40,654 nucleotides of DNA from NCBI GenBank assembly GCA_041164445.1, contig JBEAPM010000084.1, forward strand, positions 1 through 40,654, in the 5' to 3' direction. Both the position numbers and the translations under genes were made by a program. This document shows positions 26,855-35,699 of this stretch, piece by piece (the stretch's first letter is position 1; each line of letters begins with the position of its first letter). The notes under the pieces are model-generated. The model worked only from the letters and a program-made list of their open reading frames with translations. It did not search any database and had not been told where the DNA came from. The DNA is from Cyanobacteriota bacterium (GTDB lineage: Bacteria; Cyanobacteriota; Cyanobacteriia; Prochlorotrichales; Prochlorotrichaceae).

Positions 26855-29427
26855 TAATTTTGAATCTGTTCGGTTCGATAGGTATAGATTAAGCGATCGA
26901 GTTTGGGAAAGTAGCGAGGTAGCTCTGGATAAATCTGGAGATCTTGGGCAATTCGGCTCAGGATAATGCCGGGGGGAATGAGAACTTTGGACGCATTAAT
27001 GGAATTCATGTTGCGATAGGTCAACCAGAGGGCTAGCCGTTGTGAAAATTCTTCTTGAACGGTGATCGAGCCTAACCATTCCCGCAGGTCACGATGGGCT
27101 TGAAAATTCTCTTGCCAAGCGTTGCTTTGCTGGGCATTGTCGAGGGCGGTGGCAAAGGCCTCAAAGTAGCGATCGGGATCGATCCAGGCCCGAAGAGAGA
27201 GTTGTGGTAAGGACTGGGGATTGGCTTCAAGGTCAGTATTCAAAATGTCGATCGCTTGGTCGGGTTGGGTTTCGATCAGCATTAAGGCTTGGGTAAGGGG
27301 ACGGAACGGTTGTTCTGGGATTGCTGCGAGTTCTTGAGGGGATAAATCATTGTGCCACCAGCGGACGATCGTTACCTGTTCCTGGAGAAAAGAATAGCCG
27401 GGGGTTTCTGGTGGAATGGAGGCTAAAAAGGATTGTAAAAGCTGTAAGCTTTGTGCCAAAATCTCTGTTTTAATGTCTGCTAAGCGTGGATCTGCATCAA
27501 GGGTATAGGTCAGGATTTTAGGGAGATTTAAGGCTTGTAAAACAAAGGCATCGATCGCTTTTTGGGTTTCCCCCGTCTGGAGATAGGCTAATCCTAAAGC
27601 GTAATAGGCATAGGTGATATCTCGATTTTGTAGTTCTACCGATCGTAGGGCATGATCTCGGGCTTCTTCCGGGAATTTGTTGAGGGTAACCACCGCTAAA
27701 TTTTGCTGAAATAGGGCATCATTGGGGGCTGCTTTGACGGCTTGGCGATAATACTCGATTACTTGGTCTTCGATCGCTTGTTTATCTTCAGGATTGTCGA
27801 TCGTTTTTGCCACATCCAAGAGCCGTTGGCCCGCCATGACGGCATAAATTGGATCCCAGGGGACAATATTCGCCGCTAAATTCCAGCCCTGATCCGCTCC
27901 CACTAAATCCCCAACGATCGCTTGTCGAGTTGCCTTTAAGCTAATGGCAGAGGCGGTGTTAATGGGCAGCCAGATTACGCTAAAGGTTCCGAGCAGGACT
28001 AACAAGCCTACACTGATCCAGCGGCGCAGTTGATGACTCTTTAAGACCATTCTGTCTGGGATGGAGGGCGGGTTCCATGGCTTTTCAGTCGTCCCTTGAT
28101 CTGCCGCTTCATCTAACAGTCCGACCCAGAGCCAGAGGTTTGTAATGAGAAGCATGACAATGCCAATATTTTCCAGTTGATAATCCGTGAGGCTGGATGT
28201 AGCATAGCCTAAAAAGCTAATGGTAATGCCTAAGACGAGACAACGTTGTTCCTGGGTTTGCCAATGCCGATATAAACGTAAATTAATCCAGATAAAATAA
28301 AGTAAAAATCCCCCATAGGCCAGCAAGCCGAATAGCCCCAATTCCCCTAAAATTTGGGCTGGAGTGTTGTGCAATTGCTGGACATGCATAGACCAATTCC
28401 CCGACTCGATCGGGCGATAGAGGTTATACATCAGAGACATATTGCCGGGCCCCACCCCTGTGAGGGGACGATCCTGAAATAAATTCCCCAAGGATTGCAA
28501 CATAATGATGCGATCGAGAATGGGGCCGTCGTTGGCAATTCGTTCCAGGGCTTCGTTTATCCCCCCTGCCACTAAAAATTGACGAATGCGAGGATTACTG
28601 AACAGAGCCCCTATGACTAAAATAAAGCCTAAAATTCCCGAAACGATCGCAATAATGCGTTGTTTTCCTTTACTGTGGACCAGGGCGGCTAGGACAAATA
28701 AACTAACAATCACGATCGCCCCTAAGAGGGCTCCTCGGGAACCGGAACTATAGAGCAGTGCTGCCGCCATTACACTAGCGACAATGCCAAAAATACGCCG
28801 CCAGCCCCCATAGGCAAAGGGGAACATGAGGGTAACGGGAAACCATAGAACGGCATAGCCCCCCATGAAATTATTATTGCCGAGGGGGAGATGATTCCGA
28901 AGGGCATCATTAAATTCATTAGAGAGCCACATTTCCGGCGAAGGTCGCCATAAACTAAAGGAAATAATGCTCGTGACAAACCCTACCGCTAGAACTCCAA
29001 ACCAGAGGGATTGAAGACTGAACCGAGGTTGAAACCGATCGTCATTGAGGCAATTTCGCCCCACATAAAGCAGGAGTAAAAAGCAAATGACCCGCGATCC
29101 ATTCCAGAGGGCAACGGGGGGAAAGGGGGCAAAAACCGTGGCAATCAGCAAACTGATCAGGAAGACTCCTACAAACCAGTCCAAGCCATAGCCCAGTAAT
29201 TGCACGGGATAGCGAAACTGCCGGAGCAGGACAATCCCCAGCAAGAAGATGGCCACAAACCCCAGTTCCCACCCCAACATCCAGGGCCAGGAAACGATGC
29301 GGAGGTAACTTTGGATAATCCAGTGAAAGGCAATGAGGGGCAAAATGCCTAACAGCCCTAAACTCAGCAAGAATCGCTGGCGTGCGGTAGGGGACGGGGC
29401 GGAGGACTCAGACTGGTCAGCAAGCAT
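26854..29427 (-). CDS. O-antigen ligase/polymerase (Wzy_C)-like polytopic membrane protein with a C-terminal TPR region
   Basis: About 12 TM segments including the LLYSSGSRGALLGAIV motif typical of the O-antigen ligase family. The C-terminal roughly 400 aa is soluble with TPR-like repeats (YYALGLAYLQTGETQKAIDAF). Confidence 0.7.
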   Translation of the reverse strand: MLADQSESSAPSPTARQRFLLSLGLLGILPLIAFHWIIQSYLRIVSWPWMLGWELGFVAIFLLGIVLLRQFRYPVQLLGYGLDWFVGVFLISLLIATVFAPFPPVALWNGSRVICFLLLLYVGRNCLNDDRFQPRFSLQSLWFGVLAVGFVTSIISFSLWRPSPEMWLSNEFNDALRNHLPLGNNNFMGGYAVLWFPVTLMFPFAYGGWRRIFGIVASVMAAALLYSSGSRGALLGAIVIVSLFVLAALVHSKGKQRIIAIVSGILGFILVIGALFSNPRIRQFLVAGGINEALERIANDGPILDRIIMLQSLGNLFQDRPLTGVGPGNMSLMYNLYRPIESGNWSMHVQQLHNTPAQILGELGLFGLLAYGGFLLYFIWINLRLYRHWQTQEQRCLVLGITISFLGYATSSLTDYQLENIGIVMLLITNLWLWVGLLDEAADQGTTEKPWNPPSIPDRMVLKSHQLRRWISVGLLVLLGTFSVIWLPINTASAISLKATRQAIVGDLVGADQGWNLAANIVPWDPIYAVMAGQRLLDVAKTIDNPEDKQAIEDQVIEYYRQAVKAAPNDALFQQNLAVVTLNKFPEEARDHALRSVELQNRDITYAYYALGLAYLQTGETQKAIDAFVLQALNLPKILTYTLDADPRLADIKTEILAQSLQLLQSFLASIPPETPGYSFLQEQVTIVRWWHNDLSPQELAAIPEQPFRPLTQALMLIETQPDQAIDILNTDLEANPQSLPQLSLRAWIDPDRYFEAFATALDNAQQSNAWQENFQAHRDLREWLGSITVQEEFSQRLALWLTYRNMNSINASKVLIPPGIILSRIAQDLQIYPELPRYFPKLDRLIYTYRTEQIQN

Positions 29428-29499
29428 AGAGTTCTTAAAGAAACGTTACAATCTGGATGGCATTGACTGTCTATCCAAACTTTACCTGAAAGCTTACCC

Positions 29500-30477
29500 A
29501 TGTCTCATTCCGTCGCCTTCACCCGTGTGCCAACCTACGATCGCGCTGCTTTAGATCGAGCCCTCTCTGTCCTGCTGGAACCCTGGGGGGGCATGGCTCA
29601 TTTTGTGAAGCCGGGCGATCGGGTCTTGCTCAAACCCAATTTGTTAACCGGGTCCCGCCCCACTCAGGAATGTGTGACCCGCATTGATGTAGTGGCGGCG
29701 GTGGCTCGCCAAGTGCAGTCCGTTGGGGGGAAGCCTTTTTTGGGGGATAGTCCCGCCTTTGGGTCTGCTCGGGGGGTTGCTCTGGCCAATGGCTATGGCC
29801 CCCTCTTAACCGAACTAAACCTGCCGGTAATTGAGTTTCAAGGCAAGCGCTATGCGGTGGAGAGCGAAAACTTTGATCACCTGCGCCTGGCCAAAGAAGC
29901 CCTGGAAGCGGATGTGGTGATCAACCTCCCCAAGGTCAAATCCCATATCCAACTCACTCTGACCCTGGGGGTGAAAAATCTCTTTGGCTGTGTGCCGGGC
30001 AAAATGAAGGCCTGGTGGCACATGGAAGCGGGCAAAGATCGCGATCGTTTCGGGGAAATGTTGGTGGAAACCGCCAGAGCGATCGATGCTGACCTCACGA
30101 TCGTGGATGGGATTCTGGGCCATGAAGGGAATGGCCCCAGTGCGGGAGAACCTCGACATCTAGGGTGGCTGGGGGCCTCCGATCACATTTTTGCCCTCGA
30201 TCGAGCGATCGTCGATATTCTTGGAGTTGATCCCGCCAGCGTTCCTACGATCGCCGCCGCAGAGCGTTTAGGCTATACCCCGGCCAGGGAAGATCTGGAC
30301 TTTCCCTTACTCACCCCCGCTGAGCTACAGATTGAGGACTGGAAACTCCCCAGCAACCTCATGCCCATCGACTTTGGCGCACCGAGGGTGTTGAAATCCA
30401 CCTTTAAGCACCTCTACATTCGCTTTATTAAAGAACCGTTGCGGGCGTATAGTGTCAAGACCAAGCTACCAACTTAA
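29500..30477 (+). CDS. DUF362 domain protein
   Basis: FVKPGDRVLLKPNLL, GDSPAF, LPKVKSHIQLTLTLGVKNLFGCVPG and IVDGILGHEGNGP. The last three codons and the stop lie in a family A repeat. Confidence 0.75.
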   Translation: MSHSVAFTRVPTYDRAALDRALSVLLEPWGGMAHFVKPGDRVLLKPNLLTGSRPTQECVTRIDVVAAVARQVQSVGGKPFLGDSPAFGSARGVALANGYGPLLTELNLPVIEFQGKRYAVESENFDHLRLAKEALEADVVINLPKVKSHIQLTLTLGVKNLFGCVPGKMKAWWHMEAGKDRDRFGEMLVETARAIDADLTIVDGILGHEGNGPSAGEPRHLGWLGASDHIFALDRAIVDILGVDPASVPTIAAAERLGYTPAREDLDFPLLTPAELQIEDWKLPSNLMPIDFGAPRVLKSTFKHLYIRFIKEPLRAYSVKTKLPT

Positions 30478-30521
30478 GGTGGAAGAGTGCGGCGCTCCGC
30501 GCCGCACTCTTCCATTAAATT
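30464..30521 (+). repeat. Family A repeat, right-truncated copy
   Basis: AGCTACCAACTTAAGGTGGAAGAGTGCGGCGC-TCC-GCGCCGCACTCTTCCATTAAATT. Confidence 0.7.
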
Positions 30522-30688
30522 CCATTAGAACTTTTCTTCAGTTGACCCGAGGGGAACAGAAATTGCGATGTTACTGGAACTCAAGCGCTGGGTAGTCCCT
30601 CCGGGGCATCAAGTTTTATTGCAGGATGTCTCTTGGTTAGAATTAGAACAGTCCGGCGAGTGGTCTGGGCGATTCAGGAGCAGTTTTA

Positions 30689-31693
30689 ATGCAGTTTATT
30701 GATCAAGCAGACATTCAGGTCAAAGCTGGAAATGGCGGTGATGGCATGGTGGCTTTTCGGCGCGAAAAGTTTGTGCCCGCTGGGGGGCCTTCCGGGGGCA
30801 ACGGCGGCAATGGGGGCTCCGTCATTTTAGAAGCAACGGATCAACTGCAAACCCTGATGGACTTTCGCTATCGATCGCTCTTTAAGGCGGAAAACGGTCA
30901 ACGGGGCGGCATTAAAGATATGACCGGCGCACGGGGAGCAGACTGCCGCATTCCCGTGCCCTGCGGTACCGTCATTTACGATCGAGAGACTGACACCATC
31001 CTGGGGGATTTGACCACGGTAGGACAAACCATCTGCGTTGCCAAAGGGGGTAAAGGGGGCTTAGGCAATGCTCACTTTCTCAGTAACTTTAACCGCGCTC
31101 CAGAAAAAGCCCTGCCCGGTCTAGAAGGCGAAGAACGATCGCTGCGCTTAGAGCTAAAACTCATTGCCGAAGTGGGCATTATTGGCCTGCCCAACGCCGG
31201 TAAATCCACCTTAATTTCCGTCCTCTCTGCTGCCCGTCCTAAAATTGCGGACTATCCCTTTACGACCCTCGTACCCAACCTAGGAGTTGTGCGTAAAGAC
31301 AGTGGGGATGGTGTCGTCTTTGCCGATATTCCTGGACTCATAGAAGGAGCGCATCAGGGCATTGGTTTGGGACACGAATTTTTAAGACACGTTGAGCGTA
31401 CAAAAATACTGGTTCATCTCGTGGATGCCACTGCCGAAGATCCCCTACAGGACTATCGTACTATTCAAGATGAACTGAGTGCCTACGGAAGAGGTCTCAG
31501 CGATCGTCCTCAAATTTTAGTCTTGAACAAACTCGATGCCCTAACTCCCGAAGATCAGACCCACTTAGAAGCAGAGATCCGCACCCATCTCTCTCTGCAC
31601 TTTTTCTGGATTTCTGCCGTTACCCGTCAGGGACTAGACCCACTGTTGCGGGAAATTTGGCATCGTTTAGAGACCCTTCCGCGATCGAATTAG
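30689..31693 (+). CDS. obg: GTPase Obg/CgtA
   Basis: [28 protein letters not shown], the glycine-rich Obg fold, G1 [19 protein letters not shown] and NKLD. Confidence 0.95.
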   Translation: MQFIDQADIQVKAGNGGDGMVAFRREKFVPAGGPSGGNGGNGGSVILEATDQLQTLMDFRYRSLFKAENGQRGGIKDMTGARGADCRIPVPCGTVIYDRETDTILGDLTTVGQTICVAKGGKGGLGNAHFLSNFNRAPEKALPGLEGEERSLRLELKLIAEVGIIGLPNAGKSTLISVLSAARPKIADYPFTTLVPNLGVVRKDSGDGVVFADIPGLIEGAHQGIGLGHEFLRHVERTKILVHLVDATAEDPLQDYRTIQDELSAYGRGLSDRPQILVLNKLDALTPEDQTHLEAEIRTHLSLHFFWISAVTRQGLDPLLREIWHRLETLPRSN

Positions 31694-31713
31694 AGTGACT
31701 CGTCAACATCTGA

Positions 31714-31752
31714 CCCACCCCTAGCCCCTCCCAAGAGGGGAACCGGAAGAAA
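31714..31752 (+). repeat. Family C hairpin repeat
   Basis: CCCACCCCTAGCCCCTCCCAAGAGGGGAACCGGAAGAAA with stem CCCCTC/GAGGGG. Further copies lie at 36434-36473, 37949-37986 and 39800-39839, with a degenerate copy near 37062. Confidence 0.7.
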
Positions 31753-32013
31753 CTTCCTCTCGTGGAGGGAGTGGGTTTACTCCAACGCCATCGGTTCCCA
31801 ATTGCCCGAGGGAACAAAGGCAGCCCAGTAGTTGGGGTGAGCGGTATCTGTAATACTCTGCACCCCCTGAGGATCGATCGTACTATTCAAACGCCCCCGT
31901 GGCGTTTCTCCCTTTCAGATTCCCTACTCAAAGGGACTTTCCAGTGCATATTGGATCCACTTTATCCCCAGGTTGTTTTGGTATAATTCGGCAAAACCTG
32001 CCCAGCGGTATCT

Positions 32014-34044
32014 ATGCTTTGCTGCCTCAATATTTATTGCGATGGGAACGAGGGGAACCCCGTAAACCCCGATACGGCCCGGCGGTGTCAATACTGTAAG
32101 CAATCCCTGATTCCGTTGCTTCGTAATCGTTTTAAGCCTCTGAAAGTTCTGGGACAGGGGGGATTTGGCCGCACCTACCTGGCGGAAGATCAGGATAATT
32201 TAAATAGTTACTGTGTGCTGAAGCAACTGATGCCCCAGGGCGGTAGCAAAGCAGTGGAGTTATTTCAGCGGGAAGCGCAACAACTGCAAACCCTGGGGCA
32301 AGACAACCCGCAAATCCCCTCGCTGATTGCCTTTTTCTCGGAAAATAACGCCCTCTTTCTGGTGCAGCAGTTTATTGAGGGGACCAGTCTTCAGAAAGAA
32401 CTGGACAACCAGGGAACCTGGCAAGCTGCCGCAGTAATTCAGTTCCTCAAAGAAATCCTGCCGATTCTTCAGTTTATCCATCAGCGCAGCGTCATTCACC
32501 GCGACATTAAGCCCGATAACATCATGCGCCGCCGGGACACCGGGCAAATTGTGCTGATTGATTTTGGCTTATCCAAATCCATGAAAGGCAGCGTCCTCGC
32601 ATTACCCGGAACCCGTGCCGGTAGCTACGGCTATGTCCCGCTAGAGCAAATGGAAGACGGCGAAGCCTATCCCGCCAGCGATCTCTTTAGCTTGGGAGCC
32701 ACCTGCTTTCATCTGCTGTCGGGCATTTATCCCCATTCCCTGTGGCTACGTCAGGGCTATGGTTGGGTGAACAATTGGCAAAGTCATATTTCGCAACCCT
32801 TGCCCCCCGCATTAACCAGGGTATTGGATAAACTCCTCCGGGAAGAGTACACCCGTCGCTACCAGTCGGCTCAGGACGTTCTCAACCGCCTCAATGCTCC
32901 AGGGGACAATGCACCGGGACAACCCCCGCCCCCAACCTTTCAGCCCGATCCGGTTCCACCGGTCAAAACACGCCCAACAGTCGTCGCAGTTCCTCCCCAA
33001 GCGGCTAAACGCCCCGTTCAGCCCAATCCCCCGGTTAAAGTCCCCCCCTCTCCTCAAAAACGAGCCGTTGCAGTTCCCCCCCAACCGATTAAACGCCCCG
33101 TTCAGCCCAATCCCCCGGTTAAAGCCACCCCTTCTCCTCAAAACCAAAGCCTTCCCGCCGCAGACTGGCAAACGCTCCTGCTGTGGCTGGTGGCACTGGG
33201 GGGTAGCTACGGACTGCTAAGCCTCTACCAGGTGGGGCAGGAAGCACTTTTTGTAGCGGTTTTCAGCGATCCTGACGATGTTAGTGGAGCGACTAGCTTG
33301 ACCCGAATCTTCTGGCTGGGGGGGGGGCTTGTCCTGGGACTCTTCACCGGTCCCGTCAAGGAAAAACAGGATGAGATTGTACCTTGTGTGGCTGGGGTTG
33401 TGGCTGTGGCTGTGGCTTTCTCTGTGGCTGGGCATTTCGCTGTGATTGTGGTTGTGCTTGGGGCTTTGGTTTTGGCTTGGTTTGTGCCTTTGGCTGGGGC
33501 TATTGCTTTGGCTGGGGGGGCACCTTGGGCTGAGGTTTGGGCTAAGGCTGGAGCTTTGGCTCGGGCTGTGGCTTGGACTTTGGCTGTGGCCTGGGCTTGG
33601 GCGGGGGCGGGGGTTTTGACTTGGGCTGAGGCTTGGGCTGAGTATGGGGCTTTTTTCGGTACCCAATTGTTGATGTCCACCCTCGTTCACCTCTGGGCGA
33701 TCGCCCATCCCCAAAATCCCCATCGCTGGCGCAGCGGTGTGATGATCGTCCTCTCCGTGGCGGGGGGGATTTTCTGCTTCAATCGTGCCCTTGCTGAGGG
33801 TGATTCCATCATTGTCTTTGCCGAGGGTGATCCCATCCTGCCAGGGGTTGTCCTGGGGGCGAGCAGTCTGGGCATTATTGCCCTGGTGGTGGCGACGCTG
33901 GTGGGGGCTGGTCGGGGTTTGCGGCGCTCTACGGGGTTGGGGTATTGGGGCCGCTGGGCGGTGATGGCGGTGCCGATCGTGCTGGGGGCGGTGTTGGGTT
34001 GGGGGATCTACGGCATTGTGCCCTGGGCGGAGTGGCTGCTGTGA
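32014..34044 (+). CDS. Ser/Thr protein kinase with an N-terminal Cys-rich prefix, a Pro-rich linker and a hydrophobic Ala/Gly/Val/Trp C-terminal domain
   Basis: CLNIYC...CQYC zinc-ribbon-like prefix, GQGGFGRTY, HRDIKPDN, IDFG and GYVPLEQ. The C-terminal roughly 290 aa is predicted to be membrane-embedded low-complexity sequence. Confidence 0.9.
   Translation: MLCCLNIYCDGNEGNPVNPDTARRCQYCKQSLIPLLRNRFKPLKVLGQGGFGRTYLAEDQDNLNSYCVLKQLMPQGGSKAVELFQREAQQLQTLGQDNPQIPSLIAFFSENNALFLVQQFIEGTSLQKELDNQGTWQAAAVIQFLKEILPILQFIHQRSVIHRDIKPDNIMRRRDTGQIVLIDFGLSKSMKGSVLALPGTRAGSYGYVPLEQMEDGEAYPASDLFSLGATCFHLLSGIYPHSLWLRQGYGWVNNWQSHISQPLPPALTRVLDKLLREEYTRRYQSAQDVLNRLNAPGDNAPGQPPPPTFQPDPVPPVKTRPTVVAVPPQAAKRPVQPNPPVKVPPSPQKRAVAVPPQPIKRPVQPNPPVKATPSPQNQSLPAADWQTLLLWLVALGGSYGLLSLYQVGQEALFVAVFSDPDDVSGATSLTRIFWLGGGLVLGLFTGPVKEKQDEIVPCVAGVVAVAVAFSVAGHFAVIVVVLGALVLAWFVPLAGAIALAGGAPWAEVWAKAGALARAVAWTLAVAWAWAGAGVLTWAEAWAEYGAFFGTQLLMSTLVHLWAIAHPQNPHRWRSGVMIVLSVAGGIFCFNRALAEGDSIIVFAEGDPILPGVVLGASSLGIIALVVATLVGAGRGLRRSTGLGYWGRWAVMAVPIVLGAVLGWGIYGIVPWAEWLL
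32986..33153 (+). repeat. 84-bp (28-codon) tandem duplication in the kinase linker
   Basis: GCAGTTCCTCCCCAAGCGGCTAAACGCCCCGTTCAGCCCAATCCCCCGGTTAAAG... recurs from 33070. It encodes AVPPQ(A/P)(A/I)KRPVQPNPPVK..PSPQ twice. Confidence 0.8.
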
Positions 34045-34200
34045 GGGGAGCGGGAGCATTTCGTAGGGGTTGGGTTTTTTCCAACCTAAATTCTGCATTG
34101 GGCAAGAAAACCTTCTCCCTACGGGTATTCTCGATTCCCCTTAAAAACTGGAGCGATCGGGGGAGCGTTACGTTGACGCTAACAGGGAAGCACTTTGAAC

Positions 34201-35469
34201 CTATTGATTTTTCATTTGATTCGAGAGCGATCGTTTGTACAACGCTTCTGCTTCGCTGTAGCGTCCCATGGCGCGGTAAAGTCCTCCCAAGTTATTGAGG
34301 GTAGCGGCGGTTTTGGGATGGTTTGCCCCCAATTGCTGTTCGCAGATGGAGAGCGTTCGCAGGTAGAGGGGTTCCGCATCGCTGTAGCGTCCCATAGATT
34401 CATAAAGTGCTGCCAAATTATTGAGGGCAGTGGCGGTGTCGGGATGGTCAGCCCCCAATTGCTGCTCACGGATAGAAAGCGATCTTCTGTACAAGGGTTC
34501 CGCTTCGCTGTAGCGTCCCATGGAGTAATAAAGTGCTGCCAAATTATTGAGGGTAGCGGCGGTGTCGGGATGGTCAACTCCCAACTGCCGCTCACGGATA
34601 GAGAGCGATCGTTGGTAGAGGGTTTCAGCTTCACTGTAGCGCCCCATATTGGAGTAAAGGAGTGCCAAATTATTAAGGGATAGGGCCGTATTAGGATGGT
34701 CAACTCCCAACTGCCGCTCACGGATAGAGAGCGATCTCTGGTAGAGGGGTTCTGCATCGCTGTAGCGTCCCATAGATTCATAAAGTGCTGCCAAATTATT
34801 GAGGGAAGTGGCGGTGACGGGATGGTCAGCCCCCAATTGTTGCTCGTTGATGGAGAGTGATCGCTGGTAGAGGGGTTCCGCTTCACTGTAGCGTCCCATG
34901 TCTTCATAAAGTCCTGCCAAATTATTGAGGGAAGTGGCGGTGTCGGGATGGTCAGCCCCCAATTGCTGCTCACGGATAGAAAGCGATCGTTGGTAGAGGG
35001 ATTCCGCTTCACTGTAGCGCCCCATGTTGTCATAAAGTCCTGCCAAATTATTGAGGGAAGTGGCGGTGACGGGATGGTCAGCCCCCAATTGTTGCTCGTT
35101 GATGGAGAGTGATCGCAGGTAGAGGGGTTCCGCTTCACTGTAGCGTCCCATGTCTTCATAAAGTCCTGCCAAATTATTGAGGGAAGTGGCGGTGTCGGGA
35201 TGGTCAGCCCCCAATTGCTGCTCACGGATAGAGAGCGATCGCTGGTAGAGAGGTTCCGCTTCACTGTAGCGGCCCATGTTGGAATAACCCAGTCCTAGCC
35301 CCAGCAGAATGGTAGCGGTGTCGGGATGGTCGCCTAAAATACTTTCTCGAATTTCCAGGACTTGCTGAGCGATGGCAATGCCTTCTTCGTAGCGTCCCTG
35401 TTGGTAAAGTTGACGCACTTGTTGATCTAAGCGATCGGCTTCTGCCAAACGCGGGTCGGTTTGTGCCAA
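34201..35469 (-). CDS. TPR-repeat protein (nine consecutive 42-aa kinesin-light-chain-type TPR units)
   Basis: LNNLAxLYxxMGRYSEAEPLYQRSLSIxEQQLGxDHPxTAxS repeated with a 126-bp period. The start is uncertain: the track uses TTG at 35469, and a signal-peptide-like segment continues in frame upstream without a start codon. Confidence 0.8.
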   Translation of the reverse strand: MAQTDPRLAEADRLDQQVRQLYQQGRYEEGIAIAQQVLEIRESILGDHPDTATILLGLGLGYSNMGRYSEAEPLYQRSLSIREQQLGADHPDTATSLNNLAGLYEDMGRYSEAEPLYLRSLSINEQQLGADHPVTATSLNNLAGLYDNMGRYSEAESLYQRSLSIREQQLGADHPDTATSLNNLAGLYEDMGRYSEAEPLYQRSLSINEQQLGADHPVTATSLNNLAALYESMGRYSDAEPLYQRSLSIRERQLGVDHPNTALSLNNLALLYSNMGRYSEAETLYQRSLSIRERQLGVDHPDTAATLNNLAALYYSMGRYSEAEPLYRRSLSIREQQLGADHPDTATALNNLAALYESMGRYSDAEPLYLRTLSICEQQLGANHPKTAATLNNLGGLYRAMGRYSEAEALYKRSLSNQMKNQ

Positions 35470-35699
35470 GGTGGAGGTGTTTCGATCGCTGTGTTCCTGA
35501 ACAATTTGGGAATTCGGATCAGCCTCTCTTGCCAGTTGAACCAGGCCGATAAGGAAGAGTGAAGTGAAAGTGAAGACTAGCGATCACTTTAGCATAATCA
35601 TTACATTGCTACGATACATCTGAGTATAACTTCATCAGGTCAAGCGAGGGTAGCGATCGGGGTGGGGAAAGTGCGTAGCGATCGGTTGGGGAGCGATCG

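Noticed and set aside
2042-30521. Could the recurring hairpin repeats be a CRISPR array?
   Set aside because: Copies are kilobases apart, occur in both orientations, differ in length and are flanked by target-site duplications. There are no regularly spaced repeats or spacers and no cas genes.
33217-34098. Long minus-strand ORFs (293 aa and 151 aa) rich in Pro/Ser/Gln/His, opposite the kinase C-terminal region
   Set aside because: They are the reverse complement of the G+T-only cryptic repeat. The low-complexity composition simply lacks stop codons. The plus-strand frame is contiguous with a bona fide kinase domain.
34212-35264. A 350-aa ORF in a second frame of the same strand as the TPR gene, and a 162-aa plus-strand ORF (34195-34683)
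   Set aside because: The periodic 126-bp repeat propagates an open frame in alternative phases. The products (NPSTxDRSLSVSSNWGLTIPTPPLPSIIWQ repeated) have no protein-like features, whereas the main frame gives canonical TPR units.
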